Shown here piece by piece: positions 24,319-32,201 of a stretch of DNA of 45,314 bases (positions are counted from its first letter, which is position 1; the number at the start of each line of letters is the position of its first letter). Under the pieces are notes generated by a model. The model had not been told where the DNA came from and searched no databases. It saw only the letters and a program-made list of their open reading frames with translations. Source of the stretch: a virus; IMG/VR virus record IMGVR_UViG_3300045988_037298. One strand, 5' to 3'. Position numbers and translations under genes: made by a program.

Positions 24319-25770
24319 ATGGGACTTATAACAACACTAAAAAGGTGGTTTAACATGATATTCAAAAAACAAGCCGAAGAGGACTTTAACATCCAGGCAG
24401 CAGAGTTCCCAGAGATGGAATCGTTGATTAATAAATGTGCAAACATATATCGAGGCGTTCCATACTGGTTAGATGATAAAAATAACATCAAGACGATTAA
24501 TTTTGCTAAATCTGTTTGCTCAGAAACAGCACGGCTTGCAACATTGGCGATTGGCATTCAGATAGACGGCTCTGCAAGGGCGGCATGGTTACAGGAACAG
24601 ATAGATAAAGTATATTTCCAAATCCGGCACTGGGTAGAATATGGATGTGCTTACGGAACAGTTTTTATCAAGCCAAACGGTGAGAGCCTTGACATATTTA
24701 CTCCAGCAGACGTGATGATTGTAGATTACGACAATCAAGAGATTAAAGGGATTATATTCAAGGATTCTTACACTGTTGGACGGAAATACTACACAAGGCT
24801 CGAATATCATAGATTTGTCGAGACCACCGTGGACGGAGTGACAACCTATCCGTACTACGTTTCTAATAGAGCTTACGTATCAAAATCTCCTCAGAGCATC
24901 GGAGATAGAATCGACCTCAAACAGACCAAGTGGGCTGACCTAATGGCAGACACTCCGCCGATTCTCAAAGTAAACGGTGAGAAACTGGACGGACCATTGT
25001 ACGGAGTACTTCGGACACCACAGGCTAACAATGTGGATATTAGCACGCCACTGGGACTTCCGATATTTGCGGAAGCTATAGAAGAATTAAAAGACCTGGA
25101 CATTGCATACAGCCGAAATGCAAAAGAAATCCTTGATTCTAAGCGGACTGTTCTAGCAGATGACAGATTGTTGATGCCGAGTGGTTCACCTGTCTCCGCT
25201 ATGACACCACAGGCAATGGAACATAGATGTTCAGAAATGAGCTTGCCGAATTATGTAAAAAATGTATTCGGACAGGATGAAAAAGAGTTTTACCAGGAAA
25301 TCAATCCAATTCTCAACACAGATACCCGTATAAGCGGCATAAATGCCCTTTTAAGCCAGTTGGGATATAAGATTGGATTCTCTAACGGGTACTTTGTTTT
25401 TAACGAATCTAGCGGCATTCAGACAGCTACAGGAGTAGAAGCGGAACAGCAGAGGACAGTGCAGTTCATTAAAGATGTGCGTGACAAACTGGAATCCTGT
25501 CTGGACGAAGTTATTTACGCATTGAACGTTTACGCTGATCTGTACGGACTTGCACCTGTTGGAGCCTATAAAGTAAATTATGACTTTGGCGATATTCTGT
25601 ATGTGCGTGAAAACGACCGTGCAAAATGGTGGCAGTATGTGACCACTGGCAAGATTCCGTTCTGGTACTATCTGGTAAAATTTGAAGGATTTAGCGAAGA
25701 GGACGCGAAAGCTCTCGCAGAAGAAGCGAATAAGGAAAACAAAGCAAGTGGATTATTTGGGGATGAATAG
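24319..25770 (+). CDS. portal protein
   Basis: 483 aa, in the position after terL, with an acidic C-terminus. Confidence 0.8.
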   Translation: MGLITTLKRWFNMIFKKQAEEDFNIQAAEFPEMESLINKCANIYRGVPYWLDDKNNIKTINFAKSVCSETARLATLAIGIQIDGSARAAWLQEQIDKVYFQIRHWVEYGCAYGTVFIKPNGESLDIFTPADVMIVDYDNQEIKGIIFKDSYTVGRKYYTRLEYHRFVETTVDGVTTYPYYVSNRAYVSKSPQSIGDRIDLKQTKWADLMADTPPILKVNGEKLDGPLYGVLRTPQANNVDISTPLGLPIFAEAIEELKDLDIAYSRNAKEILDSKRTVLADDRLLMPSGSPVSAMTPQAMEHRCSEMSLPNYVKNVFGQDEKEFYQEINPILNTDTRISGINALLSQLGYKIGFSNGYFVFNESSGIQTATGVEAEQQRTVQFIKDVRDKLESCLDEVIYALNVYADLYGLAPVGAYKVNYDFGDILYVRENDRAKWWQYVTTGKIPFWYYLVKFEGFSEEDAKALAEEANKENKASGLFGDE

Positions 25771-25773
25771 CCT

Positions 25774-26205
25774 ATGAAGATTAATAATCATGTTGGAAAT
25801 GTACATATCAAATTCGATACAAAGCGGATTGATGGCAATTTGAAAGAAGCGCAAACGAAACTGAATATGCAGATTGTAGCGGACTGCGAGCCTTATGTAC
25901 CTTTCCAGCAAGGAGCATTGAGAAGTAGCGTAAGATACCCGCAGGGAATTGACGGTGGCGAGATTGAATATAATACTCCTTACGCTCATTATCTGTACAC
26001 GGGCGAGGTATATGGTCCGAATATTCCGCTCAAGGATGCACAATGCAATATTATCGGATGGACATCTCCACCTAAAAAATCACCCACAGGAAGAAGATTA
26101 CAATATCATACACCAGGGACGTCTGACCATTGGTTTGAGCGTGCTAAGCAGGAACATCTATCTGATTGGGTGAGGCTTGTAAAAGAAACGGCAGGTGGTA
26201 AATAA
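25774..26205 (+). CDS. putative minor capsid protein
   Basis: Position after the portal; motif ..IEYNTPYAHYLYTGE... Confidence 0.5.
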   Translation: MKINNHVGNVHIKFDTKRIDGNLKEAQTKLNMQIVADCEPYVPFQQGALRSSVRYPQGIDGGEIEYNTPYAHYLYTGEVYGPNIPLKDAQCNIIGWTSPPKKSPTGRRLQYHTPGTSDHWFERAKQEHLSDWVRLVKETAGGK

Positions 26206-27455
26206 TGCTTCCTCCAGAGTATTTCCACGGAAAAGAAAAAAAGATCCTTGCAATTTATCAAGAACTAGAAGATTTTATAATGACGGACATTTCCAGGCGT
26301 ATTCTCCAGACTGGCGGTATGACCGCCACAGCTGATCGGCTCATTTGGAAGCTCACGCAAATGGGAGAAAGCAGAGTTGCCATTGAACAGAAACTGCAGA
26401 AGCTTACAAAAATGACACAGCCAGAGCTTAGACGGATTCTGCGAAATGCCGTGATGACTTCCTGGGACAATGATAAAGATATCCTTTTAGGGATTGATGA
26501 GAATATAAGTCCACCATTGGAGAATCCAGAAGTGATAGCGGTGATGGATGCAGAGTTTAAAAAGACATTGGGAGAGCTTAGCAACCTGAGCAGGACAACC
26601 ATAAATCAATCTCAACGTGATCTAATTAATCTGCTGGACAAAGCCGAAATCCGTGTTGCTTCCGGTGTGCAATCCTACACCACTGCAATTTGTGATGTGT
26701 TGGACAATTATGCCAAAAAAGGAATTATGGTGGATTATCCAACAAGCGGTGCAAAAAGAACCCTTGAAGCAGCTGTGAGGTGCTGCGTGGTAACGTCAAT
26801 GAATCAGACAGCGGCGCAGATCACTAATCAGTATATTGTGCAGGCGAAGACAAATTATGTCCTTGTATCAGCCCATATGGGAGCCAGAACAGCACAGAAA
26901 GGACAGCCTCCTTGCGGAGATCATTCATCCTGGCAGGGAAAGCCTTACTCAATAGTTGGATCGGAACCAGGATATCCTAATCTTTTGGAAAACACTGGAT
27001 ATGATATAAGCCCGAAAACCGGACAGGGAACAGTTGTGGATCCGCACGGACTGCATGGGTGGAATTGCAAGCATAGTCACCAACCATGGGCGAAAGGCTT
27101 ACGGAATCCCTGGGCGGATGAACACAAGATGGATTCTGAAGAAAATAAAAAGATCTATGAAGATACCCAGAAGCAGCGAGCAATGGAGCGTTCTATTAGA
27201 GCGACTAAAAGAAAGCTGATAATGAAGAACGAAGAAATCAACTCAGATGATATACCGGATTCCGAAAAAGAAAAACTAAGATCGGAATATGATCGAATGG
27301 CGTTTCGGCTGACTGAACAGAATAAGGAGTATAATAAATTCTGTGAGGAAAACAACCTTGCAGCACAATATTACCGAAACAAGGTAGCAGACTTTGGATA
27401 TAAGCAGCATTCCAGGGCAAATGCAGGGGCAAAAAGATTTATGAGGGCAAAGTGA
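26205..27455 (+). CDS. minor capsid / head-morphogenesis protein (Phage_min_cap2 / MuF-like)
   Basis: 416 aa; ILAIYQELEDFIMTDISRRI..; position in the head module. Confidence 0.7.
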   Translation: MLPPEYFHGKEKKILAIYQELEDFIMTDISRRILQTGGMTATADRLIWKLTQMGESRVAIEQKLQKLTKMTQPELRRILRNAVMTSWDNDKDILLGIDENISPPLENPEVIAVMDAEFKKTLGELSNLSRTTINQSQRDLINLLDKAEIRVASGVQSYTTAICDVLDNYAKKGIMVDYPTSGAKRTLEAAVRCCVVTSMNQTAAQITNQYIVQAKTNYVLVSAHMGARTAQKGQPPCGDHSSWQGKPYSIVGSEPGYPNLLENTGYDISPKTGQGTVVDPHGLHGWNCKHSHQPWAKGLRNPWADEHKMDSEENKKIYEDTQKQRAMERSIRATKRKLIMKNEEINSDDIPDSEKEKLRSEYDRMAFRLTEQNKEYNKFCEENNLAAQYYRNKVADFGYKQHSRANAGAKRFMRAK

Positions 27456-27462
27456 GGTAGAT

Positions 27463-27843
27463 ATGGAAAGATGGGTATATTTTAATCCGAATCCAGCCGG
27501 GAATCGTGTAGGCGACTGTGCTGTCCGGGCGATATGCAAGGCGTTAGAACTGGATTGGGAAACGGTATTTACAGGATTAATGGTATATGCTTGCTCGCTA
27601 TCAGATATGCCAAGCGCTAATTATGTATGGGGATCATATTTGGCAAGGCATGGATATCACAGAAAGCTTGTGGAACAGTCAGAGAGGTATATTTATACAG
27701 TCAATGATTTCTGCGCAGATCATCCTACTGGTACATACATTCTTTGCATAGATGGCCATGTGGTGACGGTACAAGATGGCAAATATTACGATACATGGGA
27801 TTCCGGAAATGAAGTCCCGGTATACTACTGGGAAAAGGAGTAG
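27463..27843 (+). CDS. putative papain-like cysteine peptidase-fold protein
   Basis: NPNPAGNRVGDCAVRAI (Cys) ... IDGHVVTVQDGKYYDTWDSG (His, Asp). The catalytic-triad order is inferred. Confidence 0.4.
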   Translation: MERWVYFNPNPAGNRVGDCAVRAICKALELDWETVFTGLMVYACSLSDMPSANYVWGSYLARHGYHRKLVEQSERYIYTVNDFCADHPTGTYILCIDGHVVTVQDGKYYDTWDSGNEVPVYYWEKE

Positions 27844-27847
27844 CTAA

Positions 27848-28153
27848 ATGAGCATACAGGAATTTATTCAATTTTTTCTTTCAGTCTGCGGAGGGGTATC
27901 AATTGTTGGAGGGGCAGCAGCTGTAATCCTTAAGTGGATTGCTCCGGCATTCCGACTCAACAAGCGAGTTGAGACACTGGAAGAACATGATAAGCGAGAT
28001 TACGAGAGTCTTCAGAGGATTGCGGAACGTGATTCATTGATTCTGGAAGTGTTATCAACCATGCTGGATAGTCAGATCAGTGGGAATAATGTGGAAGAAT
28101 TAAAAAAAACAAAACAGAAGCTTACAAATTATCTTGCACAGAATCAGCGTTAA
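27848..28153 (+). CDS. N-terminal TM plus coiled-coil protein (BhlA/holin-like architecture)
   Basis: FIQFFLSVCGGVSIVGGAAAVILKWI followed by a charged helical tail. Confidence 0.45.
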   Translation: MSIQEFIQFFLSVCGGVSIVGGAAAVILKWIAPAFRLNKRVETLEEHDKRDYESLQRIAERDSLILEVLSTMLDSQISGNNVEELKKTKQKLTNYLAQNQR

Positions 28154-28176
28154 TTGCATTAATAAGAGGTATTCTC

Positions 28177-28377
28177 ATGAAATTATATGTGTTCACAAAG
28201 AAAGATATAGACAGATTCTTAGTAGAGTGTAATTTTACACCGGATGAAGAAAGATTGTTCCGGTTGAGATGTAAAGAATACACGCTTGAATACTGTGCTG
28301 AACAGATGAACGTGAGCATATCTACGGCGAAACGATTAAGCCGCCGAGTAAACAATAAAATAATCAAAGTGTGCTGA
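28177..28377 (+). CDS. small sigma-70 region-4-like HTH protein
   Basis: PDEERLFRLRCKEYTLEYCAEQMNVSISTAKRLSRRV. Confidence 0.5.
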   Translation: MKLYVFTKKDIDRFLVECNFTPDEERLFRLRCKEYTLEYCAEQMNVSISTAKRLSRRVNNKIIKVC

Positions 28378-28397
28378 TACTTTTTGGATACTAATTA

Positions 28398-28431
28398 GAG
28401 CCAGAAACGACCTGTTTCCGGTTCTTTTTTT
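28398..28431 (+). terminator. rho-independent terminator
   Basis: Stem GAGCCAGAAAC/GTTTCCGGTTC (one mismatch, one G-U pair) followed by TTTTTTT. Confidence 0.75.
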
Positions 28432-28465
28432 ATGTAAAAATATAATCAGAAAGGCGGTGTATAAG

Positions 28466-28936
28466 ATGGCATTATATAACAATCCTTATCAATATAGTTT
28501 TGGCGTTCCTGGGCAGATGAACCAGTTCCAGCAACAGCCTGTCCAGATGCCGGCTCAACCAGTACAGCAACCCCAACAGAATAATAGCGGTATCCTGTGG
28601 GTATCCGGCGAAGTCGGCGCAAAATCCTATCTGGTAGCGCCCGGAACAAGCGTTTTACTGATGGACAGTGAGAGCGAAAAGTTCTACATAAAATCTACAG
28701 ACGTTTCTGGTATGCCGCAGCCATTACGGACGTTTGAGTATCACGAGGTAGGCACTCAGATGCCACATAAACAGCCTGCTCAGAACATGGATAATAAATA
28801 TGTCACCAGACAGGAATACGATGATTTAAAAGCCAAATGTGACGCTATAGCAAGTCGATTAAATTCATTTTCTGAACCTGTTAGGGCTAATACCGTACAG
28901 GAATCAGCGACCAAGGGAGGAAATGCAGATGAGTAA
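28466..28936 (+). CDS. hypothetical protein with a Q/P-rich N-terminus
   Basis: ATG 28466 is in frame with the track ORF. N-terminus NQFQQQPVQMPAQPVQQPQQNN, then a globular segment ILWVSGEVGAKSYLVAPGTSVLLMD... Confidence 0.65.
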   Translation: MALYNNPYQYSFGVPGQMNQFQQQPVQMPAQPVQQPQQNNSGILWVSGEVGAKSYLVAPGTSVLLMDSESEKFYIKSTDVSGMPQPLRTFEYHEVGTQMPHKQPAQNMDNKYVTRQEYDDLKAKCDAIASRLNSFSEPVRANTVQESATKGGNADE

Positions 28937-29150
28937 TCCATTATTTAACGTACTTGGCGGCGGGATGCCGCAGGGAAACGGACCAATGCAGATGATACAG
29001 CAGTTTATGCAGTTTAGGCAGAATTTTAAGGGGGACCCGAAAGCAGAAGTTGAGAAGATGCTGCAGTCTGGACGGATTTCTCAGCAGCAACTTAATCAGG
29101 TCCAACAGATGGCAGGACAATTCCAGCACATGTTGAAAGGAATGAAATAG
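28929..29150 (+). CDS. hypothetical Q/M-rich small protein
   Basis: ATG 28929 lies 8 nt after GGAGG. Sequence MSNPLFNVLGGGMPQGNGPMQMIQQFMQFRQNF... Confidence 0.6.
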   Translation: MSNPLFNVLGGGMPQGNGPMQMIQQFMQFRQNFKGDPKAEVEKMLQSGRISQQQLNQVQQMAGQFQHMLKGMK

Positions 29151-29178
29151 TACATTACAATCTGGCCAGATTGATGTA
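29151..29178. promoter_or_regulatory. 16-bp perfect palindrome CAATCTGG/CCAGATTG with flanking TACAT/ATGTA (operator or hairpin)
   Basis: Read directly, between the 28929 and 29205 genes. No T-run follows. Confidence 0.4.
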
Positions 29179-29204
29179 AATACACAATAAAGGAGATTAT
29201 AACT

Positions 29205-29984
29205 ATGGATGGAAATTATAGCTTAGCAGATATTGCCGCTGCTACTGGAAACGGTAGAAATAATGACGGCATGTTTGGTGGAGATGGTAGCTGGTGGATT
29301 ATTGTTTTATTCATTTTTGCTTTCTTCGGATGGGGAAACAACGGCTGGGGCAACAATGGAAACGGCGGCGGATATACGGCCACGGCAGCTACTCAGGCAG
29401 ACATTCAGAGAGGATTTGACAATTCCGCAGTAATTAGCAAACTTGACGGAATCAATAACGGCCTGTGTGATGGATTCTATGCCATGAATAATGGTATGCT
29501 TACCGGATTTAATGGAATCAACACAAACATCATGCAGACCGGCTTTGGCATCCAGCAGGCTATTAACGCTGACACTGTAGCGAACATGCAGAATACCAAT
29601 GCACTCCAGGCACAGCTTGCAAACTGCTGCTGCGAAACTAGAGAAGCAATCCAGGGTGTGAATTACAACATGGCTCAGAATACCTGCGCACTCCAGAACA
29701 CCATGAACAACAACACTAGAGATATTATCGACAGCCAAAACGCCGGAACAAGGGCAATCCTTGATTACCTTTGCAATGAAAAGATTTCTAACCTGCAGGC
29801 TGAAAACAACGACCTCAGACGCGCCGCTTCTCAGGACCGCCAGAGCGCACTGCTTACAACTGCAATGGCTTCTCAGACACAGCAGCTCATTAATGCGATT
29901 AATCCAGCACCGATTCCGGCATATCAGGTTCCTAACCCGAACACATATTACGGATGCGGATGTAACACCGGATGCAATTGTTGA
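29205..29984 (+). CDS. membrane-anchored N/Q/G-rich protein with a Cys-rich C-terminal tail
   Basis: AAAGGAG upstream. N-terminus GDGSWWIIVLFIFAFFGWGNNGWGNNGNGGG, a long N/Q-rich helical region containing CCC, and the tail YYGCGCNTGCNC. Confidence 0.7.
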   Translation: MDGNYSLADIAAATGNGRNNDGMFGGDGSWWIIVLFIFAFFGWGNNGWGNNGNGGGYTATAATQADIQRGFDNSAVISKLDGINNGLCDGFYAMNNGMLTGFNGINTNIMQTGFGIQQAINADTVANMQNTNALQAQLANCCCETREAIQGVNYNMAQNTCALQNTMNNNTRDIIDSQNAGTRAILDYLCNEKISNLQAENNDLRRAASQDRQSALLTTAMASQTQQLINAINPAPIPAYQVPNPNTYYGCGCNTGCNC

Positions 29985-30046
29985 CAACTTCATATCGAGA
30001 GTATCTTTCGATCGATTCGGATGTCGGCTTATGCCGTATTACACAG

Positions 30047-30072
30047 AGGGGCAGGCTGAGACCTGTCCTTTT
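30047..30072 (+). terminator. intrinsic terminator or attenuator within the cassette
   Basis: Stem GGGCAGG/CCTGTCC followed by TTTT. Confidence 0.5.
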
Positions 30073-30094
30073 GTGATATGAAAGGAGTATTTTT

Positions 30095-30517
30095 ATGTCA
30101 GAATTTACAAATGTAGCTGCTCAGACTGTAGCAGCAAATGGAAACGTAGTATTTTCAAACACAGCAGTTAAAGGCTCTAACTGTATTCAGCACAGAGAGG
30201 GAAGCGGAATCATTACCCTGAGAGGACTGACCAACCAGTGTAAAGCAAGATTCTTCGTGGATTTCTCTGGTAACATCGCAATTCCAACAGGCGGTACTGT
30301 AGGAGCTATTTCTCTGGCTATTGCAATCTCTGGTGAGCCGGTTCTTTCTTCTCAAATGATTTCCACGCCGGCAGCAGTAGACCAGTACAACAATGTGTCC
30401 TCTGGCATCTATATTGATGTACCACGTGGATGTTGCGTTAATATTGCAGTAGAGAACACAAGCGATCAGGCTATTTCTGTTGCGAACGCAAATATTGTCG
30501 TGACTAGAGAAGCGTAG
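30095..30517 (+). CDS. C1q/TNF-like (BclA C-terminal-domain-like) beta-jelly-roll protein
   Basis: The pattern of alternating beta strands (NGNVVFSNTAV..GIITLRG..ARFFVDFSGNIA..ISLAIAISGEPV..GCCVNIAVENTS..ANIVVTREA) resembles exosporium BclA-C-type domains. This is pattern recognition only. Confidence 0.45.
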   Translation: MSEFTNVAAQTVAANGNVVFSNTAVKGSNCIQHREGSGIITLRGLTNQCKARFFVDFSGNIAIPTGGTVGAISLAIAISGEPVLSSQMISTPAAVDQYNNVSSGIYIDVPRGCCVNIAVENTSDQAISVANANIVVTREA

Positions 30518-30528
30518 GAGGTGCAGTT

Positions 30529-31092
30529 ATGAGAGATATCAAGGATTTATGCGCAAGGATAGAAGACGAGCTTGCAAAAATCGCAGATAGTGGGCTGACC
30601 ACTGGAAACTTGGAAATGACATACAAGTTGATTGATATGTACAAAGATATAAAAAATACGCAGTACTGGGACAAAAAGGTGGAGTATTACAACGCCGTCC
30701 TTGATGAAATGCGTAGCGGATACAATGACGATTACAGCGAGCGCGGAAGAAAACGTGGCGGCATGGGGAGATACAGCCGCAGTGATGGAAGAATGATGTA
30801 CCCAGATTATGATCGTGGCACCTCTTACGGTGATGAAAGTCGCGACTACGGAACCGGAAGAGGAAATTATAGCCGATCTGATGGAAGAGACACATATAAC
30901 GACTACATGACGCAGAAGCAGAGCTATCGCTCCGGAAAGTCTGAAGACTGCAAAAGAAAAATGCTTGCCGCACTGGAAGAACACTTGGATGAGCTTACCA
31001 CAGAATTGAGCGATGTGTCCAAGGACGCAGAGTGCAGGGAAGAGCGAGATCTTGTTAAGAGATACGTTGATAAGTTAAGAAATATGCTTTAA
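30529..31092 (+). CDS. helical protein with a central R/G/Y/D/S-rich disordered repeat region
   Basis: GGAGGTG upstream. Internal repeat YSRSDGRMMYPDY / YSRSDGRDTYNDY. Confidence 0.65.
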   Translation: MRDIKDLCARIEDELAKIADSGLTTGNLEMTYKLIDMYKDIKNTQYWDKKVEYYNAVLDEMRSGYNDDYSERGRKRGGMGRYSRSDGRMMYPDYDRGTSYGDESRDYGTGRGNYSRSDGRDTYNDYMTQKQSYRSGKSEDCKRKMLAALEEHLDELTTELSDVSKDAECREERDLVKRYVDKLRNML

Positions 31093-31101
31093 TTTGGTTA
31101 A

Positions 31102-31138
31102 ATGTGGGGACAACTTTTTTTACAGAATGTGATACTAT
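31102..31138 (+). promoter_or_regulatory. putative late promoter, copy C (ATGTGGGG-N23-TACTAT with TGa extended -10)
   Basis: Same motif and spacing as copies A and B. It lies upstream of the structured leader, the tRNA-like gene and the head-tail operon. Confidence 0.55.
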
Positions 31139-31417
31139 AATCTTGCAAGGCGTGGTGAACCTTGTAGGGCTTGCTGATTAGAAGTTTTTGCTTTCTTTTT
31201 CGTTTCATGTCCTCCTTTCTTTGTGAATATGTCCTTAATAGAAACAGATTTGAGCGGAATCTGGAGGTTGAAAAGCGGATGCAATTTCCGGCATATTCAT
31301 TAGTCAGTTCGACTGACTGGTAACACCTCCTTATAAATGAATCAACATTTCCGTGAAAGTCGGATAGTGGCAGGCATAACACGATAAATACCTTGCTAAC
31401 CCGGGAATCCGGGTTAA

Positions 31418-31491
31418 TGGAATGTAGCTCAGTTGGAAGAGCGGAGGACGCATAGTCCTTGACACCGCAGGTTCGAGTCCTGCCTTTCCAA
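31418..31491 (+). tRNA. tRNA-like gene, anticodon CAT (Met/Ile2-type), with non-canonical features
   Basis: Cloverleaf: acceptor TGGAATG/CTTTCCA (one U-U mismatch), D arm GCTC-AGTTGGAA-GAGC, anticodon arm GAGGA-CGCATAG-TCCTT, T arm GCAGG-TTCGAGT-CCTGC. It has G at position 33, a 6-nt variable loop and no encoded CCA. Confidence 0.55.
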
Positions 31492-31568
31492 TTACCTTGC
31501 CAGTGGTCTAACTGGCTTAATCCATTTACCTGCGGCGGCAGGTCAATAAACACGACCAGGAGGATATT

Positions 31569-32201
31569 ATGCAGAAACTTATTGACACATTAAAATCATT
31601 TGGAATTGAAATCCCGGAGGATAAGCAGGCAGATGTTAAAAAGGCACTCTCTGAGCATTATAAGAATGCTAAGGAAGTTGCAAAAACCCTGTCGAAAGTC
31701 GAGGGAGAACGTGATAACTGGAAAGAACGTGCTGAGACAGCAGAAGAAACCTTAAAAGGTTTTGACGGTATCGACCCGGCGAACATTCAGACAGAGCTTG
31801 CTGGATGGAAGAAGAAGGCTGAGGACGCAGAGAAGGAATTCAATGCGAAAATCTATGACCGCGATTTCTCAGACGCACTTAAAACAGCACTTGATGATGT
31901 TAAATTTTCCAGTGAGGCTGCAAAGAAGTCTGTTATGGCAGACATCAAGGAAGCAGGATTGAAGCTGAAAGACGGTAAAATCCTTGGACTGAATGATTTG
32001 ATTGAGCAGATGAAGCAGTCTGACGCATCCGCTTTTGTGGATGAATCTCAGCAGCAGGCTCAGCAGAACCAGGCAAGGTTTACTACTCATGTTGGACAGC
32101 AGCAGACACTGGGAAACATGACAAAGAAAGATATCGAAGCAATCAAAGACCCGTCCGAGAGACAGGCCGCAATCGCCCAGAATATCCAGTTATTCCAGTG
32201 A
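31569..32201 (+). CDS. scaffolding protein (GP20-like)
   Basis: Helical and acidic, 210 aa, directly upstream of the major capsid gene. Confidence 0.7.
   Translation: MQKLIDTLKSFGIEIPEDKQADVKKALSEHYKNAKEVAKTLSKVEGERDNWKERAETAEETLKGFDGIDPANIQTELAGWKKKAEDAEKEFNAKIYDRDFSDALKTALDDVKFSSEAAKKSVMADIKEAGLKLKDGKILGLNDLIEQMKQSDASAFVDESQQQAQQNQARFTTHVGQQQTLGNMTKKDIEAIKDPSERQAAIAQNIQLFQ

Noticed and set aside
29307-29993. 228-aa minus-strand ORF antisense to the N/Q-rich gene
   Set aside because: It is a shadow of low-complexity coding DNA. The plus-strand gene has a strong SD and operon context, and the minus ORF has neither.
31418-31491. Suppressor tRNA / alternative genetic code
   Set aside because: The anticodon is CAT, not CTA, TCA or TTA. 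All long genes are intact under the standard bacterial code.
31098-31553. 151-aa minus-strand ORF, and a 36-aa sub-ORF (31098-31208) preceded by AAAGGAGG
   Set aside because: The long ORF reads through the tRNA-like gene antisense (..ALPTELH..). For the short one, the SD lies only 2 nt from the ATG, and the ORF overlaps late-promoter copy C.
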